The notes under the pieces: model-generated
Databases searched by the model: none
What the model saw: only the letters and a program-made list of their open reading frames with translations
What the model was told of the DNA's origin: nothing
Part shown: piece by piece, positions 61,375-64,000 of the stretch
Layout: each line of letters starts with the position of its first letter
Position numbering within the stretch: position 1 is the first letter of the stretch
Made by a program: the position numbers and the translations under genes
Source of the DNA: Trichodelitschia bisporula
Taxonomy: Eukaryota
Length of the DNA: 64,000 nucleotides
Assembly: GCA_010356995.1 (NCBI GenBank)
Contig: ML996687.1
Location: 1,799,803 to 1,863,802, forward strand
Direction of reading: 5' to 3'

Positions 61375-63422
61375 ATGTCTACATCGTCAAAGTCCCCTTC
61401 CGCTACTCCCACCGCCTCCAGCAAGCCGGCCATGTCGGGCCCAAACTCAGCTACCGCTGCTGCAAAGCAAACCCCCTCAAAGATGCACCGGCGTTCACGG
61501 ACAGGTATGTTGAATCATTTGTGTTTACTCCCCTCCGAGCTGTTTATTGTTCCCCCACACATCCCATGCATGACAGGGGCTGACCTGCCCAACAAGGCTG
61601 CTTCACATGCCGGCTCCGCCGCAAAAAGTGCGACGAGGGCAAGTCCCAATGCAAAGCCTGCAACCATCTCGGCCTCAAGTGCGAGTATAAGCGCCCGATG
61701 TGGTGGAGCAACAACGAGCAGCGCCGCAGCCACAAGGAGTACATCAAGAACGTCATCAAGCGCACCAAGCTCAACGAGAAGTCGGCGCATGCCCATGCGC
61801 TGCCCCTCGGTACCAATACCCCGCCGAGCCTGTGCCATTCGTCTATCACGGCGGATACGTTTATTGAGGATCACCGCGCGCGCACCCGGGATGGGTCGAT
61901 GGACTCGCATTTCAGCCTCGATGCCTTCAACCCGCAGATGCTCCCCCAGGACTTGTTTGCTATGCCCCCGCTCAACGCGCCCTTCCCGCAGTACTCGCAG
62001 TTCTCGCCCTACGAGGTGGACGTCAAGACCGAGACGCAGATGTTCATCAACGACATCCCCACGCGCCGCGACAGCACCATCTCCACCTTTTCTACCTTCC
62101 AGGCGCCCCAGTCGGCCCCGGGACTTGAGAACTGGGTCCAGCAGGAGAGTTACTTTGAGCACCGCCAGGAGAGCTTCACGGAGGAGCCGGTGGATTTCAA
62201 TGTGTTCCAGTTCGCGCACCCGGCGAGCCCGCACCAGTCAATCATCCAGGTGGATGAGTGCGACCAGCATCTGCTGAACCACTTCATCGAGCACGTCATC
62301 CGCCTCATCTTCCCCATCCTCGCGGTAAACCAGCACGGCTCGGCCCCCGCCGACGTCATCCTCCCCGCGCTCGAGTCCAACAAATGCTACCTGCACTGCT
62401 GTCTCTCCATCTCCGCGCTGCACCTCAAGTCAACCCAAGGCATAACCAGCGAGCAAATCGACCAAGACATAATCCGGCACAAATTCGCCGCTATCTCCGA
62501 AATGTGCGAAGCCCTCAACCGGGACACCCTGCACTCCCAAACCCTCGAAGCAACCCTCGGAATGATCTTCTTCCATTGCTCCGTCGGCCGGCCAGACGAC
62601 TGCCTCCCCGACGTCCCCTGGCACTCCCACTTCCAAGCCGCAACCTGCCTAATCAACAAACTTGACCTGCCCCTCCAACTCGCCACCGGTGGCACCACCC
62701 CCCCGCCCTTCAACATGACCGTCGCCTCCTGGATCGACATCCTCGGCGCCACAATGCTCTGCCGCGCGCCCATCTTCGCCGACACCTACCGCGAGAAAAA
62801 CGTCGCAGGATCCGCAATCGGCCTCGCCGAGCTCATGGGCTGCGACGACCGGATCATGTTCCTAATCAGCGAAATCGCATGCCTAGACGCGCTCAAGGCG
62901 GACGGTATGGACACCGTCCAACTCTGCACGCACATCAAGACTCTCGGCGATCACATCACGCTCACCGAAGTCGGCGCCCAAGCTGTTGGCAACGCCATCT
63001 CGGCAACGGGCGCCGTCCGTCCCAAGCAGCTCCGCGCCAACATGACGGCGGTCTTCCGCATCGCCGCGCGGATCTACCTCTGCAGCCTCGTCCCGGGTTT
63101 CGACCGCGCGACGCCGAACATCACGGCTCTAGTCGCCAGCCTGGCGGACGCAATGGCATACATCCCGTCCGGGGCAGACGGGTTCGACCGGTCGCTTGTG
63201 TGGCCGTTACTCGTTGCCGGCGCGGTCAGCCTGCCCGGTAGCACGTTCCGGGGTATGTTCGCGGAGCGGGTTGTGGCGATGCGCGAGGCGGGGGAGTTTG
63301 GGAGTTTTGGACGGGTGAGGGAGGTGCTTAAGGCGGTGTGGGCGGCGAATGATGAGGGGGCGCAGTGGGTGCATTGGCGCGAGGTTATGAGAGTGAGGGG
63401 GTGGGACTTTTTGCTGCTTTAG
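61375..63422 (+). CDS. pro1: Zn2Cys6 sexual-development transcription factor (Pro1/ADV-1/NosA family)
   Basis: MHRRSRTG|CFTCRLRRKKCDEGKSQCKACNHLGLKCEYKRPMWWSNNEQRR; intron 61505-61596; C-terminal fungal TF domain ending GWDFLLL. Confidence 0.92.
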
Positions 63423-64000
63423 CGCGTCTCTTCTCTACTCTCCTGGTGGGGGGGGGGGGGGGGGCGGCGGCTAAGAGGGGGCGGCTAGGAAGGGAGGGAG
63501 TTGGTTTGGGACTGCACATATTACGAGCATTATACCCCTTTGTTGTAATTTTTATTTTGTGGCGAGGAGGATGGAGAAGGGAGTCTTTCTTTGGTTCGAA
63601 CACGGTTGTCGGCTCCGAGGTGGAGCGGCATCGGGTCTTTCCTTTTCTCGACTCATAGAGCATCCGGGCCGGCGGCTTTTGGGTAGCTGGTCGGTTCCCG
63701 GCGGTGTTTTCGGCGCGTTTTGGGGGATTGTTGGATTACGGCCTCCGCTTTTTGGTATTGAGGGGAGGGGAAGCATGGCCTCTGGCCAGCTCGGGGCAGG
63801 CATCGGGGAGAAAGACGCCCGTTAGGACGGCAGCCACGGGCTCGGAACACGGATTTGGCAGACGTAAGCTTCACAGCCGGGCAGCAAGGGCAGGATATTA
63901 CGAAGAACGGGACGGAGGGTCGAGAGGACTCGGGACCTGGTCACCGCTGTGAAATGCGGTGCGGGAATCGCGAGGATGGAAAAGCCTCCGTCCTAAATGA

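Overview
This is eukaryotic DNA from a filamentous ascomycete. Genes have short GT-AG introns (mostly about 42-60 nt) with CTAAC/CTGAC branch points; Dothideomycete is my inference only. I can support about 24 protein-coding genes. A compact housekeeping block at 13-30 kb holds a DUF3602 protein, a synaptojanin-like phosphatase, a DnaJ protein, THOC5, EMC2, AP-3 delta, RAMP4 and an INA17-like gene. Elsewhere are TRM112, a GPI-anchored CFEM protein, a secreted glyoxalase/VOC protein, a C2H2 transcription factor, a MARVEL-like membrane protein, a type-B carboxylesterase, a Myb-like protein, an AA9 LPMO, a SAM-PH protein and the Zn2Cys6 developmental regulator pro1/nosA/adv-1. There are also two tRNA-Lys genes, two assembly gaps and several simple repeats. 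No intact transposon, biosynthetic gene cluster or CRISPR array is visible. The most interesting unexplained signals are non-coding or very small: (1) a Pol III-type unit at 38.7-38.85 kb with TATA, A box, B box and T5 terminator that has tRNA spacing but cannot fold as a tRNA; (2) an EMC2 intron that folds almost entirely into one rod-like hairpin (introner-like); (3) a duplex of about 23 bp about 2 kb upstream of pro1 (milRNA-precursor-like); (4) a spliced 59-aa microprotein gene; (5) two GC-AG introns sharing the donor GCACGT. All exon boundaries and folds were derived by eye; no database search or folding computation was run.
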